A stretch of DNA of 64,000 nucleotides from Escherichia phage vB_EcoM_ECO78. Positions 50,944 to 60,983 of the stretch are shown one piece after another. Where the stretch lies: sequence record PP526941.1; one strand, given 5' to 3'. Position 1 is the first letter of the stretch, and every line of letters begins with the position of its first letter. A program made the position numbers and the translations under genes. Under the pieces are notes generated by a model. That model did no database searches, had not been told where the DNA came from, and worked only from the letters and a program-made list of their open reading frames with translations.

Positions 50944-51186
50944 CTATTTTACTAGCATCAATAACTGTTTCTCTAGCTTAACGATCTTACGAAAATACCT
51001 TTTACACTGACGAATCTGTCGCTTCGTAGGACGTACAGCAAACTTAATAAATTCCACTCGACCAGATGGAGGACTTTCTTCTGGTGGAATATCTAACACC
51101 AATTCCCACGTATCTGCAATAAGTGCTTTGAATTGTGTATTTTTCCTGACGTTATACGGAGTAGGTTTAAATAAAACAATATGCAT
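50944..51186 (-). CDS. hypothetical basic protein
   Basis: 80 aa, Arg/Lys-rich. Confidence 0.4.
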   Translation of the reverse strand: MHIVLFKPTPYNVRKNTQFKALIADTWELVLDIPPEESPPSGRVEFIKFAVRPTKRQIRQCKRYFRKIVKLEKQLLMLVK

Positions 51187-51187
51187 A

Positions 51188-51370
51188 TTATCCTCGGCAA
51201 TCTACTTCACATACTTTCTTGTCATCAATGAAAGCTTTAACTAATGCTTTATTAACTTCAGCATATTGAGTAGTAGCCCATTGAACGTCATCTTTCATCA
51301 TTGTGATTTCTTTAGTAAACATGCTTTCGTTCTTAAACCACCCCATAAAAACTACCTTTACCAATTCCAT
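51188..51370 (-). CDS. dmd: Dmd (discriminator of mRNA degradation, antitoxin)
   Basis: 60 aa MELVKVVFMGWFKNESMFTKEITMMKDDVQWATTQYAEVNKALVKAFIDDKKVCEVDCRG. Confidence 0.8.
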   Translation of the reverse strand: MELVKVVFMGWFKNESMFTKEITMMKDDVQWATTQYAEVNKALVKAFIDDKKVCEVDCRG

Positions 51371-51428
51371 AACAATCTCCTCATTTAACCAACAAGACTA
51401 CTATACCATAGTCTTGTCAACTTGTAAA

Positions 51429-52856
51429 CTAAAATTTTAATTCATTTGCCAAAGCATCTAACTGAGCTCGAGTGGATTCATTTCTTTGATAGCGATTCTG
51501 CTCAGCCTGAATCTGTTGTGAACCTGCTACTTCACTCACTTCAGTTGGAGTAGAATCTTGTTCAATTTCTACCCATTTCTGATTTCCTTTTTGAACACCC
51601 ATCAAAAACTTATTCCATTTGTTCTTATCGCCATATCGTGATTTGATTTGCTTAATGAGTTGTTGTTCAGCAGCTGCTAACTCCTCGGTTTCAATGACCG
51701 CAAGCATAAAATCAGCTGTTGCTGGAAGACCAGCAGATTCTGCAATATCGCTCATGTTAACATCAGAAGAGTCCCAAGCTTGTTTACCAACCTGTGCTGC
51801 AGTCCAAAGAACAGTTTCGGTTTCAACAGCCAAAGCACGCAATTCCTCTGCAATAGCTTTAACAGTTGTGTAACTATTTTCTGAATAAACTCTGATGCGG
51901 CAAGATTTACAAATACCTAGATAGTCGACAATAATGATTGTTGGAACAAAATTCTTTTTGAGCTTCAATTCGTTTAAAAGTGATCGAAATGTATTAGCAT
52001 CTGCTCCGCCAGTAGGATACTGTTTAACGATTAAACGACCGAGAGTAGATTTCTCACGCCATTTTTCCATTTTTCCTTTATACTCAGCGTAAGAAATATG
52101 CCCATCATCAATGTCATCAAGAGAAACATCAAGCATATTAGCGTCAATACGTTTAGCACAGACTTCTTCTGCCATTTCCATGGAAATGTAAAGAACATTA
52201 TGTCCGAGCTGCAAATAATCTGCTGCCAATGAACACAATCCTAATGACTTACCAACGTTAACACCAGCCATTAAAACGTTCAGTGTTCCAGTCTCAGCTC
52301 CACCTTTAGTAATTTTATTTAGAATTTTGAGTTTAAATGGAACCTTACGAGCTTTATTCATATAAGATAGCCAACGTGCTTCGTAGTCATCCATCCAATC
52401 ATGACCAACGTAACTATCAAATGAAATTGATAATGCTTGTCGCATGATGTCAGGAATAGCACCAACATCCGGCATTTTCTTATTTCGTTTTTCCGGAGGA
52501 AGCTCAGCATTAGTTTGAATTTCAATTATTTTAGACGTAGCATTAAACATCGCCCTTTGCTGAACATATTTTTCTGTTTCTTTTATTAACCAACTGTGGT
52601 CTTCCGGAGAATCAGCTAGTTTTGAAATAAGTGTTTTTACACCAGAATATTCTGTTTCAGTAAATGAACTATTTTCTAATGCAACATTTAACGCATTAAT
52701 AGATGGAACGCTATGGTACTCATTAACATGAGATTTAATTAATTTGAATGTATTTTTAGCTGGACCACTTTCAAAATATTCTGAATCCATATATGGCCAA
52801 ACTTTTGAAAAATAAGCTTGATCAAATATGAGATGAGAAAGAATAATTTCTACCAC
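51429..52856 (-). CDS. 41: replicative DNA helicase gp41 (GUG start)
   Basis: 475 aa (MVEIILSHLIFDQAYFSKVWPYMDSEYF); start codon is GTG with SD AAGGAG overlapping the gene 40 stop. Confidence 0.9.
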   Translation of the reverse strand: MVEIILSHLIFDQAYFSKVWPYMDSEYFESGPAKNTFKLIKSHVNEYHSVPSINALNVALENSSFTETEYSGVKTLISKLADSPEDHSWLIKETEKYVQQRAMFNATSKIIEIQTNAELPPEKRNKKMPDVGAIPDIMRQALSISFDSYVGHDWMDDYEARWLSYMNKARKVPFKLKILNKITKGGAETGTLNVLMAGVNVGKSLGLCSLAADYLQLGHNVLYISMEMAEEVCAKRIDANMLDVSLDDIDDGHISYAEYKGKMEKWREKSTLGRLIVKQYPTGGADANTFRSLLNELKLKKNFVPTIIIVDYLGICKSCRIRVYSENSYTTVKAIAEELRALAVETETVLWTAAQVGKQAWDSSDVNMSDIAESAGLPATADFMLAVIETEELAAAEQQLIKQIKSRYGDKNKWNKFLMGVQKGNQKWVEIEQDSTPTEVSEVAGSQQIQAEQNRYQRNESTRAQLDALANELKF

Positions 52857-52865
52857 ACTTACTCC

Positions 52866-53228
52866 TTAAAAGAATTTAAATTTTTTCTTTGACCTTTTAT
52901 TAAATGCATCTTGTAGTTGCATTGTAATACATTTTTCTACATGAGGAGCTAACTCAGCTTTTCTTTCTTGGTCAAGAACAGCAAAGTCCATTACGACTTT
53001 TCCATCAACCCAATCTAATTTTGTCACATACACAATGTGTGTAGAACCATCTTCTAGTTTAATGACAATCTCCTGGATAACATTTTCCATAGCGGATTTA
53101 ATTATCTTAAGAGACTCATTAAAAAGACGTTCTTTTCTTTCTTCTTCCCCCTCCGAAGAGGGGGATTCATCGATAATTTCTAGATCTAAATCTAAATCAT
53201 CTTTATTCATTAAATTCTTCCATATCAC
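52866..53228 (-). CDS. 40: gp40 head vertex assembly chaperone
   Basis: 120 aa between uvsX and 41. Confidence 0.65.
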   Translation of the reverse strand: MIWKNLMNKDDLDLDLEIIDESPSSEGEEERKERLFNESLKIIKSAMENVIQEIVIKLEDGSTHIVYVTKLDWVDGKVVMDFAVLDQERKAELAPHVEKCITMQLQDAFNKRSKKKFKFF

Positions 53229-54384
53229 TTAACTGTTCGAGGTCAGTTTCTAAATCAGCTGCTGATTTACTTTTACTTTCTGGAGATTTAAATTTTTCAA
53301 CCTTTGAGTTAATCAATTCATCAACTTCAGCTTCAACAATTTCATTACTATCAATAGCACCTAACTGATAAGCACGTTTAATAGCATCTCGGAATGGTTG
53401 ATGCTTAAATAAAGGACCCCAGAATGTAGTGCAGTTGGTATCTTTTGCACGCCAAGATTTTTCTTCGCGAATCATCTCGCCGGTTTCTTCGTCAAGAAAT
53501 TCACGAGCATACCAGCCATTTTTAGGTTTTACCACGAATCCTAATTCTAGAGCCATATCTAACAATCCAGAATAAGGATCGATACCACCGTCAAATTTAA
53601 CATCAATAAAGAATTTACTTTTTTCTTTAACGGTACGAGATTTTTCTACATTTAGAACAAATTGATACCCCTGAAGATCAGAACCATCTTTAATCTGGCG
53701 CTTACCGATAATGAATACAGTATCAGCCGAATACATTACGCCTGTACCACCTGTCATCACGGTTTTACTAAACATTTCAATTGTTTCAATTGTATGGTTA
53801 ACCGCAACGCACGGAATGTTTTTAATACTAAAATAAGGAGTAACAATACGAAATAATGACTTCAGCGATTTAGCACGAGTCATATCTGCCACAGATTTTT
53901 CATTCAAGGCATCTTCAGTTTCTTTCTTAGAAGCCATATTACCGATTGAGTCGATGAATACAATAACCTTTTCACCACGCTCAATAGCTTCAAGCTGATT
54001 CACCATATCAATTTTCAGCTGTTCAACTGACTGAATTGGTGTATGAATTACTCGTTCCGGGTCAACTCCCATGGATCGCAAATAAGCTGGAGTAATACCA
54101 AATTCGCTATCATAGAATAGACATACCGCGTCAGGATATTTGTTCAAATATGCTGCAACCATAGTCAAAGACATATTTGATTTAAAGTGTTTAGAAGGCC
54201 CTGCGAAAATAGTTAAACCAGACTGCATACCGCCATCAATCGCACCAGAAATAGCAATATTAAGCATTGGGATTTTTGTGCGAATTACATCCTTTTCATT
54301 AAAGAATTTAGATGTAGTCAGTTCAGCAGTCATTTTAGAAGTGGAAGCTTTAATCAAACGGGATTTTAAATCTGCAATAGACAT
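53203..54384 (-). CDS. uvsX: UvsX recombinase (RecA-like)
   Basis: 393 aa, MSIADLKSRLIKASTSKMTAELTTSKFFNEKDVIRTKIPMLNIAISGAIDGG... Confidence 0.9.
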   Translation of the reverse strand: MSIADLKSRLIKASTSKMTAELTTSKFFNEKDVIRTKIPMLNIAISGAIDGGMQSGLTIFAGPSKHFKSNMSLTMVAAYLNKYPDAVCLFYDSEFGITPAYLRSMGVDPERVIHTPIQSVEQLKIDMVNQLEAIERGEKVIVFIDSIGNMASKKETEDALNEKSVADMTRAKSLKSLFRIVTPYFSIKNIPCVAVNHTIETIEMFSKTVMTGGTGVMYSADTVFIIGKRQIKDGSDLQGYQFVLNVEKSRTVKEKSKFFIDVKFDGGIDPYSGLLDMALELGFVVKPKNGWYAREFLDEETGEMIREEKSWRAKDTNCTTFWGPLFKHQPFRDAIKRAYQLGAIDSNEIVEAEVDELINSKVEKFKSPESKSKSAADLETDLEQLSDMEEFNE

Positions 54385-54461
54385 TCATTTTTTCCATAGG
54401 CATCATTATATTTTCCTCACTGGTTAAAGATAGAGTAATTATAACACAATAAATTTAGGCA

Positions 54462-55304
54462 TTAATCAACTGCTATTGGATGAATAGCATTAAACTTATG
54501 AAATGCTTCTGATTTTTCTTTACGCGAAACACACATGCGAAGAACCTTTAGTGGTTCATCTTCTTCACCCAACGATTTTCTCTTTTCAATATTCGATGTT
54601 TTCCAACGAGCTTGCTCTGGAAACTCTCTATTGATTTGCTCAAGCGCTCTATTATGTTTAGAATTACTACGAATTGAGCTACATCCGCCTGGAGCTTGCG
54701 CTTTTCCAGATACAACCAGATATTTGAACAAGGCCAAATGCGGATAACCTTGATTAATTAAATTGAGAAATGCATACATATCTTCACATAAATCAATTTT
54801 TCCATACCCAATTTGTTCTGTCGTAAGTTTTCCAAGGTCATACCAGGTATTCGTGAATCCATATGAATTTTCACGGTAATTACCCCAAGATGAAGTAATT
54901 TTAAAAATAGGTAGACGAGCATGACCGTGATAATACCCGCAATCCATAGCATCTTCAACGTATTGAATCAATTCATAGAACTGTTCACGAGTCAATTGAT
55001 TGACTTTATCTACGCAACGCCGATCATCTCTTTTTCGCATTGAACTCATACGAATAGTAGTATCATCGTCAATCATCCAGATTCGTTGGCCTGCATACAT
55101 ATCAGTAATTACTTTACGAGTTCCAGCAATTCCGTTTACGTCATCAGGAATAGTTACAATTTTAGCTCTAGACCCATAGGCATCATAATAAGCTTTTTCT
55201 TCATGTTCACGTACTACAATATGCGGTTCATAATCAGTCGGAAACATATCAAGGGCAGAAACTGCCCCTACACGTTGATAGCTCGGAATTACGAATTGAA
55301 TCAT
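54462..55304 (-). CDS. DNA-modifying glycosyltransferase (DxD-type; not T4 beta-gt)
   Basis: Track ORF starts at GTG; ATG at 55304 (MIQFVIPSYQR) in ATGA overlap with the gene 42 stop; DxD motif IWMIDDDTTI. Confidence 0.55.
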   Translation of the reverse strand: MIQFVIPSYQRVGAVSALDMFPTDYEPHIVVREHEEKAYYDAYGSRAKIVTIPDDVNGIAGTRKVITDMYAGQRIWMIDDDTTIRMSSMRKRDDRRCVDKVNQLTREQFYELIQYVEDAMDCGYYHGHARLPIFKITSSWGNYRENSYGFTNTWYDLGKLTTEQIGYGKIDLCEDMYAFLNLINQGYPHLALFKYLVVSGKAQAPGGCSSIRSNSKHNRALEQINREFPEQARWKTSNIEKRKSLGEEDEPLKVLRMCVSRKEKSEAFHKFNAIHPIAVD

Positions 55305-56041
55305 TTCCACTCACCTTTATAGTCTTTTTTCACAATATGAGTTTCGCCAGTATTCCACCAATGATCAACCAAGTAAAAATGACGAGAATATACATGAAGA
55401 CTTCCAACATTCCATATAATAGAACCTGCTTTATACTGACGAGTTGAATCGCCTGCATTCAAATCAGATACTAATTTATCTAATACGTATTTTTGCCATG
55501 CATAATCATTACGGAATCCGAAGACCACGTCATTTGAGCGCATGCTTACTACTGCATTGACTTTCTTATCACGAATCAAGTACTGTACTGTATTAGTACA
55601 CATGAAATCTGACATACCATCTTTATTGTAGTCAAACTGCATAGATGGACGAGTATAAATCATGATACCGCGCCGAGAATCAGGATTTTGACCAAGTTCA
55701 GCTAAACACATATCATACTGGGCATAGTTATCTTCTGACCAGATAGCCCAACCATAATTCGAGTTAATTTCGCCTTTAGAAGATGCTACTTGTTGCCAAA
55801 TCTTCGGTGTTTCACCCGGAATATCTTTAACGAACAAGCTCTTAGATTTATACCATTCAAGTTCGCGCTGAATGTATTCATCATTAAGAGCGCCAAAAAT
55901 AAACGGTTCATCTGCTACAAATGATGCGCCAATAATTTCAATAGTTTTAACGCCAGTTTTATCAACTACGAAATCTTTTTCCTTTAATGCAAGCCCCAAA
56001 TGAAGACGGATTTCTTCAACTGTCATAGAGTCACTAATCAT
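55301..56041 (-). CDS. 42: dCMP hydroxymethylase gp42
   Basis: 246 aa, MISDSMTVEEIRLHLGLALKEKDFVVDKTGVKTIEIIGASF... Confidence 0.9.
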   Translation of the reverse strand: MISDSMTVEEIRLHLGLALKEKDFVVDKTGVKTIEIIGASFVADEPFIFGALNDEYIQRELEWYKSKSLFVKDIPGETPKIWQQVASSKGEINSNYGWAIWSEDNYAQYDMCLAELGQNPDSRRGIMIYTRPSMQFDYNKDGMSDFMCTNTVQYLIRDKKVNAVVSMRSNDVVFGFRNDYAWQKYVLDKLVSDLNAGDSTRQYKAGSIIWNVGSLHVYSRHFYLVDHWWNTGETHIVKKDYKGEWK

Positions 56042-56194
56042 TTAAACCTCAATTGATACATTCATATTTAACTTGTAACAGTAATAAGCTCCAACCTAAA
56101 ATAATAGTTGGAATCATAAGAGGAACCGTTACACTATAGTATATACTTATTATAATCATCAAGATTAAAAGCAATGCTGCTATAATTTTGCTTT

Positions 56195-56446
56195 TCATTC
56201 CTTCTCTCTGATGATAATTACCTGATTTGGCTGCGCAGACTTTTTAGTTTCACCCGCAATTGACCAAATAAATGTAATAAACCAACCAATAATTGACCAG
56301 TTAAACAGTAAAGACGTGAAAAAGATTCCTACTGTCGATTTTGACCCACGCATCAAGGCAATAAACCATGGAAGCATGTATATAATAATAGCCAACACGC
56401 CTGAAACTAAAACCATAAAAATTGAACCTGCTACTAAAGTTTCCAT
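56195..56446 (-). CDS. imm: immunity (superinfection exclusion) membrane protein
   Basis: 83 aa with two hydrophobic segments. Confidence 0.6.
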   Translation of the reverse strand: METLVAGSIFMVLVSGVLAIIIYMLPWFIALMRGSKSTVGIFFTSLLFNWSIIGWFITFIWSIAGETKKSAQPNQVIIIREKE

Positions 56447-56453
56447 CTTTTCC

Positions 56454-56834
56454 TCACTTAGTCAAATTTTTTACGCATGAATTATAAGAATTCACTACAT
56501 ACTCCATCGGAGCATTTTTACCTGTACGCCACTGGTAATTATTAGCCCAATTTGCCCAAAGCACGGCACAGTAGTTTTCAATTTTTTCTTCGCGTGTAAT
56601 TACATCTGAATTACGATATGCTTGAGCAGATTCATCTGGACGAATAGCTTCGTCAAAATTCGCCTGCATTTGTTCTATTGTTTGCTTTGGAGCTTCTTTA
56701 TAACACTTGACATTAGGATTATAAAATTTGCTTGAACAATTTACAATTTTTCCTACATCAGACTGATTTACTACCGGTCCTTGAGCTACACAACCAGTAA
56801 GACCCAATGCAATAACCAAAATAGCGATTTTCAT
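56454..56834 (-). CDS. predicted lipoprotein
   Basis: 126 aa; signal and lipobox MKIAILVIALGLTGC. Confidence 0.5.
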   Translation of the reverse strand: MKIAILVIALGLTGCVAQGPVVNQSDVGKIVNCSSKFYNPNVKCYKEAPKQTIEQMQANFDEAIRPDESAQAYRNSDVITREEKIENYCAVLWANWANNYQWRTGKNAPMEYVVNSYNSCVKNLTK

Positions 56835-56846
56835 AACAATTTCCTC

Positions 56847-57098
56847 TTAAAACTTAACAAATAATTTTAAAGCATCTTCAGTTTTAATTCCTTTTCTTAC
56901 ACCCATAACAGAAATTGGCTGTGACTGAAATTTTCCTTTGCCATTATAAATTTCTAATCCAGTCACCATTCCATTTTGTTCTATAATACCATAAGTATTA
57001 CCTTCATTTTCGAATTCTTTAACTTTAAAGAGTTTATTAGCTTTTTCTGCATTAACAACTTTTAAATTTTGAATAAAATTAGTTTGAATGTTTTTCAT
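56847..57098 (-). CDS. hypothetical protein
   Basis: 83 aa from ATG at 57098 (MKNIQTNFIQNLKVV...), SD GGAGGAA; track ORF 56847..57281 is an artefactual extension across the promoter. Confidence 0.45.
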   Translation of the reverse strand: MKNIQTNFIQNLKVVNAEKANKLFKVKEFENEGNTYGIIEQNGMVTGLEIYNGKGKFQSQPISVMGVRKGIKTEDALKLFVKF

Positions 57099-57126
57099 TT
57101 TGTGTTCCTCCGTAGTTGATAGTTGT

Positions 57127-57156
57127 ATAGTACCATGGAAGAACAGTCTTGTAAAC
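57127..57156 (-). promoter_or_regulatory. early promoter with spacer/SD inverted repeat
   Basis: GTTTAC aagactGTTCTTCCatgg TACTAT ...GGAGGAAC; arms 57137..57144 and 57104..57111, 8 bp with one G-U. Confidence 0.5.
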
Positions 57157-57239
57157 AGTTTTGTGAAAAAAATTTTAATGAATTTACAGGACCTAGAATC
57201 ATCTATTTTTCCTAAGTATAGATTTATATTACTTGTATG

Positions 57240-57260
57240 AAAAAGGGACCCGGAGGTCCC
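57240..57260 (-). terminator. rho-independent terminator after gene 43
   Basis: GGGACC-UCCG-GGUCCC followed by U5. Confidence 0.6.
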
Positions 57261-57273
57261 TAGATTTATTCTA

Positions 57274-59970
57274 TCAGCCAAACAGGAAGTCTAACGAAGC
57301 TTTTTCTTCATAGTCCATACCAGCCGATTCACACATACCCGCAAGCGGTTTAACAAACGATTTTTGGAACAAGGTTGAGTAGTCAATCCAAGACAGTACG
57401 TCAGAACGAATTTCTTTTGGAAGTTCTGTACCTGATGGCCAAGCAATGCACTTATCACCAAATGGATTTCCTTCACGTAATGGAAGAACCATTACTTTAT
57501 TTCCATCCAAAATTGGAGCTACACCCAGACCGCTAACAGCTCGACGATAAGTTAGCACACCACGAATATGGAACGGGCATTTAAATCCTGGCCAACCTTT
57601 ATCATCATATTTCGCTATATCGTTCGCAGTTTTTACTTCAGCAATAACTTTATAGTCAAGTTGACGATATTCTTTCTCGAAGTTCTTGTAGTATTCTTGG
57701 ACAGACTCTTCACCTTCCTGAAGAATACGACGAATACTTTCTTCGAGAGCTTCTTGTACTGCTTTTGGTGTTGAACTCTGTTGAGTTTCCATGCCCATGA
57801 TTTTTAGATGCGGTTCAGCAAATCGTTTATCTTCCATATCATAAACGTTCAGAGCATAACGCTTTTTCGCTTTCCAAAATCCACCAACACCCTTTGAACC
57901 AAGCGGAGGGCAAGAAATAGCTTCACGGTCCATATGCATCAGATGCTCGCGGTTATTCATATAATCACATAACTCACGATATGCAACATCAATCATAGGT
58001 TCCATCTTTTTCTTACCAAACTGATTCATGAATTCAACTAAATCGTTCTGCTCTTTGAATCGGTCAAGACCTACTTTTTCAATAACTTTATCTACACAAA
58101 CATATACCGAATCAGTATCACCTGCTGCAATGAAATCTTCATCATTAGTTCCGCATACTTTATTCAGATATTCATTAATTTTACGAGCAATCCACTGAAT
58201 ACCGACTTGACCAAAAATTGTGATAGCAGTAGCATTTCGCAAATCATAGTAACGGAAATGAATATTACCAAGAGCACCATAAAGACTGTTAATGAGAATT
58301 TTACGGTTCAGCTGATTTGTGTTAGCAAGTGTAGCTGCTTTTTCACATTCCTCAATCAGACTATTGAGAACAGATTCAGTATAATTCGATAGTTCATTTA
58401 AGAAATCATCACTGAACTTAACATATCGTTCAACTTCCGGTTTAGTTGAGCAAGACCCTGCGCCTTTCATAATAATCTTTTTAATAGCTTCGGCATTCAT
58501 TTCTTCAGCGAACATTTTCTTTTTCCAGTCTTTACGCTGGAAAAATACTTTAGCGATTTCCTTTGGAATGATACCTTCTTGATGCTTATCATACATCCAT
58601 CCATTCGGAGAACAAGAATATTCATCACTTGGCTTAGGAGCTGTTCCTGCGATATATTCATGAATTGGATGAACTTTAAACTGCCCACGAATAGTCTCAG
58701 GACTAATGTTAACCTGACGAATAATGCTCGGATACAGAGACGTCAAGTCAAAACTCATAATGTATCGACGAGCAATTGGTTTAGGTTCAAACACAAATGC
58801 ACCTGGAAAACTTTGTTTAATGTGCGAACCTTGTTGAGGAATAACCTTATGTTCACATTTCAGTGAGTTAAAAATAATAGCATCCCAAGTTTTAATAGGG
58901 CTCATTACACCAGAAAAAGGCATTTTAGCGTAATAAGACATACTTAAAACTAGATCGATAAACCCACGAATTTTATCAATTGCTTGAACTGATTCTACGT
59001 CAATGATGTTATAACTAATGTATCGCTGATGATTAGTCTCACGAAGTTTATTAATAGGACCATCGTACGGTAATTTACCTTTTTTGGTTTCATGTTGAGC
59101 AACTGATTCCAAAGAGAACGATGGCAAATTAGTAAATGCGAATTTCTTGTACAAATCTAAATAATCAAGAATAGATACGCCATCAATAGAATAAATTTCT
59201 TTGCTACCGTACATATTTTGAATTAGTTTAGATTTTACTCGACCGATTGGAGAGAAGCGTTTCATACTGCGTTCGCCGAGAACCATTTTAACACGGTTCA
59301 TGATATACGGAACGTCAAATCCCTCAATATTCCAACCGGTAAAAATAGCAGGTCGTTTCTGTTCCCAGAGATTAATATATTCCATGAGCATATCACGCTC
59401 ATTATCGAATGGCATATAAATTACTCGGTCAAGAATTTCTTGAGGAACTTCATCACCACCTTCACAGTCAAGCTTAGCAGCTAACTTTGCATCCCATTTT
59501 GATACTGAACCGTACATTGAATTCAAAAGGTCGAAAACATAAAAACGATCATCAATTGAATCATAATGAGTGATAGCATCAATTTCATATTCTGCTTTCA
59601 TTGGGTCAGGAAATTTATCACCAGTAACCTCAATGTCACAGTTAGCTACACGAACAAATTTTCGGTCATAAACAATTTCTGAACCATACGTATCACTGAT
59701 ATAAGCGAGTTTAAAATCGTTCATACCGAGAGCTTCGAGACCGATGTCTTCCATTCGCTTCATCCAATCTCGAGCATCTTTCATTGATGGAAATTTTTGA
59801 GGAGCGCAATTTTTACCATAAATGTCTTTGTATTTTGACTCTTCCTTACAATGCCTAAACATAGTCGGAAGATATTCTACTTCACGAGTACGTTCCTTTC
59901 CGTTTTCATCAATATAACGTTCAACAATGTTATTTCCGACTGTTTCGATAGAGATATAAAATTCTTTCAT
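57274..59970 (-). CDS. 43: DNA polymerase gp43 (family B)
   Basis: 898 aa, MKEFYISIETVGNNIVERYIDENGKERTREVEYLPTMFRHC... Confidence 0.95.
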   Translation of the reverse strand: MKEFYISIETVGNNIVERYIDENGKERTREVEYLPTMFRHCKEESKYKDIYGKNCAPQKFPSMKDARDWMKRMEDIGLEALGMNDFKLAYISDTYGSEIVYDRKFVRVANCDIEVTGDKFPDPMKAEYEIDAITHYDSIDDRFYVFDLLNSMYGSVSKWDAKLAAKLDCEGGDEVPQEILDRVIYMPFDNERDMLMEYINLWEQKRPAIFTGWNIEGFDVPYIMNRVKMVLGERSMKRFSPIGRVKSKLIQNMYGSKEIYSIDGVSILDYLDLYKKFAFTNLPSFSLESVAQHETKKGKLPYDGPINKLRETNHQRYISYNIIDVESVQAIDKIRGFIDLVLSMSYYAKMPFSGVMSPIKTWDAIIFNSLKCEHKVIPQQGSHIKQSFPGAFVFEPKPIARRYIMSFDLTSLYPSIIRQVNISPETIRGQFKVHPIHEYIAGTAPKPSDEYSCSPNGWMYDKHQEGIIPKEIAKVFFQRKDWKKKMFAEEMNAEAIKKIIMKGAGSCSTKPEVERYVKFSDDFLNELSNYTESVLNSLIEECEKAATLANTNQLNRKILINSLYGALGNIHFRYYDLRNATAITIFGQVGIQWIARKINEYLNKVCGTNDEDFIAAGDTDSVYVCVDKVIEKVGLDRFKEQNDLVEFMNQFGKKKMEPMIDVAYRELCDYMNNREHLMHMDREAISCPPLGSKGVGGFWKAKKRYALNVYDMEDKRFAEPHLKIMGMETQQSSTPKAVQEALEESIRRILQEGEESVQEYYKNFEKEYRQLDYKVIAEVKTANDIAKYDDKGWPGFKCPFHIRGVLTYRRAVSGLGVAPILDGNKVMVLPLREGNPFGDKCIAWPSGTELPKEIRSDVLSWIDYSTLFQKSFVKPLAGMCESAGMDYEEKASLDFLFG

Positions 59971-60010
59971 AGATATTCCTTAGTTTATAGCCCGAGTTAT
60001 TAGGCTCTTG
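59971..60010 (-). promoter_or_regulatory. gene 43 translational operator hairpin
   Basis: mRNA reads GAGCCUAAUAACUCGGGCUAUAAACUAAGGAAUAUCUAUG, the gp43 autoregulatory hairpin adjacent to the SD as I recall it from T4. Confidence 0.6.
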
Positions 60011-60028
60011 ATATATTATACTCCAAAT

Positions 60029-60046
60029 AAGGGGCCGAAGCCCCTT
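60029..60046 (-). other. UUCG-tetraloop hairpin after regA
   Basis: AAGGGGC-UUCG-GCCCCUU followed by partly U-rich sequence and a TATAAT. Confidence 0.4.
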
Positions 60047-60048
60047 GC

Positions 60049-60417
60049 TTAATTACCAATCGTATATTTAGGAACGAGTTTCCATTCATGTTTTTGTTTA
60101 AAAGAAATAACTCGGAAGTTATTAGTTAAATCTTTCATAAAAGTTCTTTGACCAGGAACGATTTCAATCAGCCCCCAATCTTCTAACAGCCACGCAATCG
60201 AATCACGACGAACTTCATCTTCTTCTGTCATTTCAACCTGACGGCCATCCATACGAAGCATTTCTTTAAAATGAACGATATAGTATAGTCCTTTTTTCTG
60301 AAGAATGTGGCAGGACTGATACAGAACTTTATCTTTATTATTAGCAATTCCCATACGAGTCAAAGTTTCTTTTACTTTCAGAAAATCTTCAGGTTTTTTA
60401 AGAGTAATTTCAATCAT
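60049..60417 (-). CDS. regA: translational repressor RegA
   Basis: 122 aa, MIEITLKKPEDFLKVKETLTRMGIANNKDKVLYQSCHILQKKGLYYIVHFKEM... Confidence 0.85.
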   Translation of the reverse strand: MIEITLKKPEDFLKVKETLTRMGIANNKDKVLYQSCHILQKKGLYYIVHFKEMLRMDGRQVEMTEEDEVRRDSIAWLLEDWGLIEIVPGQRTFMKDLTNNFRVISFKQKHEWKLVPKYTIGN

Positions 60418-60418
60418 T

Positions 60419-60982
60419 TTACCATTCCAATGCTAGTTTTTTGAGTTGTTTCTGTTCTTTTACGTTCTTAGTCACTTCTTTCAAAAAATCATCCGTGACT
60501 AAACCTTTTAGTTCTTTTAATACTAAAGGAAGTTTTCCATTTTTAGTAAGAATTGATTTATAGTTAATTGCATCATTTGTATTAACTTGATACCGCTTAG
60601 CAAGTAACTTAATAATCAATACTTCGGTGGAATCTTCAACCAGTTTTGCCCATTTACCATATCTTTTACCACGAGGAACTGCAGCCATTAGATAATTAAA
60701 ATGAGCTTCATCACTTAATCCAGAACCGATTAAATTCATAGCATATATGGCTGGCATGCACTCTGGAAATTGCGATAATGCATTCTCAACCATGAATTTT
60801 GAATAATCTTTTTGAGCAATAGAGCATTTAGTTTTATTATTGATAGCTCCAATTATTTCAAAAAATTCATTTTCAGCTTTTTCTTTAAAAGAATCAGCAG
60901 CGGATTGGACAGCTGTCCAATCTTTTGAATACCAAGCAACTTGATGCTCGTTTAATTGAATATCATCTTCAAATAAGCTCAT
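60419..60982 (-). CDS. 62: clamp loader small subunit gp62
   Basis: 187 aa. Confidence 0.85.
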   Translation of the reverse strand: MSLFEDDIQLNEHQVAWYSKDWTAVQSAADSFKEKAENEFFEIIGAINNKTKCSIAQKDYSKFMVENALSQFPECMPAIYAMNLIGSGLSDEAHFNYLMAAVPRGKRYGKWAKLVEDSTEVLIIKLLAKRYQVNTNDAINYKSILTKNGKLPLVLKELKGLVTDDFLKEVTKNVKEQKQLKKLALEW

Positions 60983-60983
60983 A

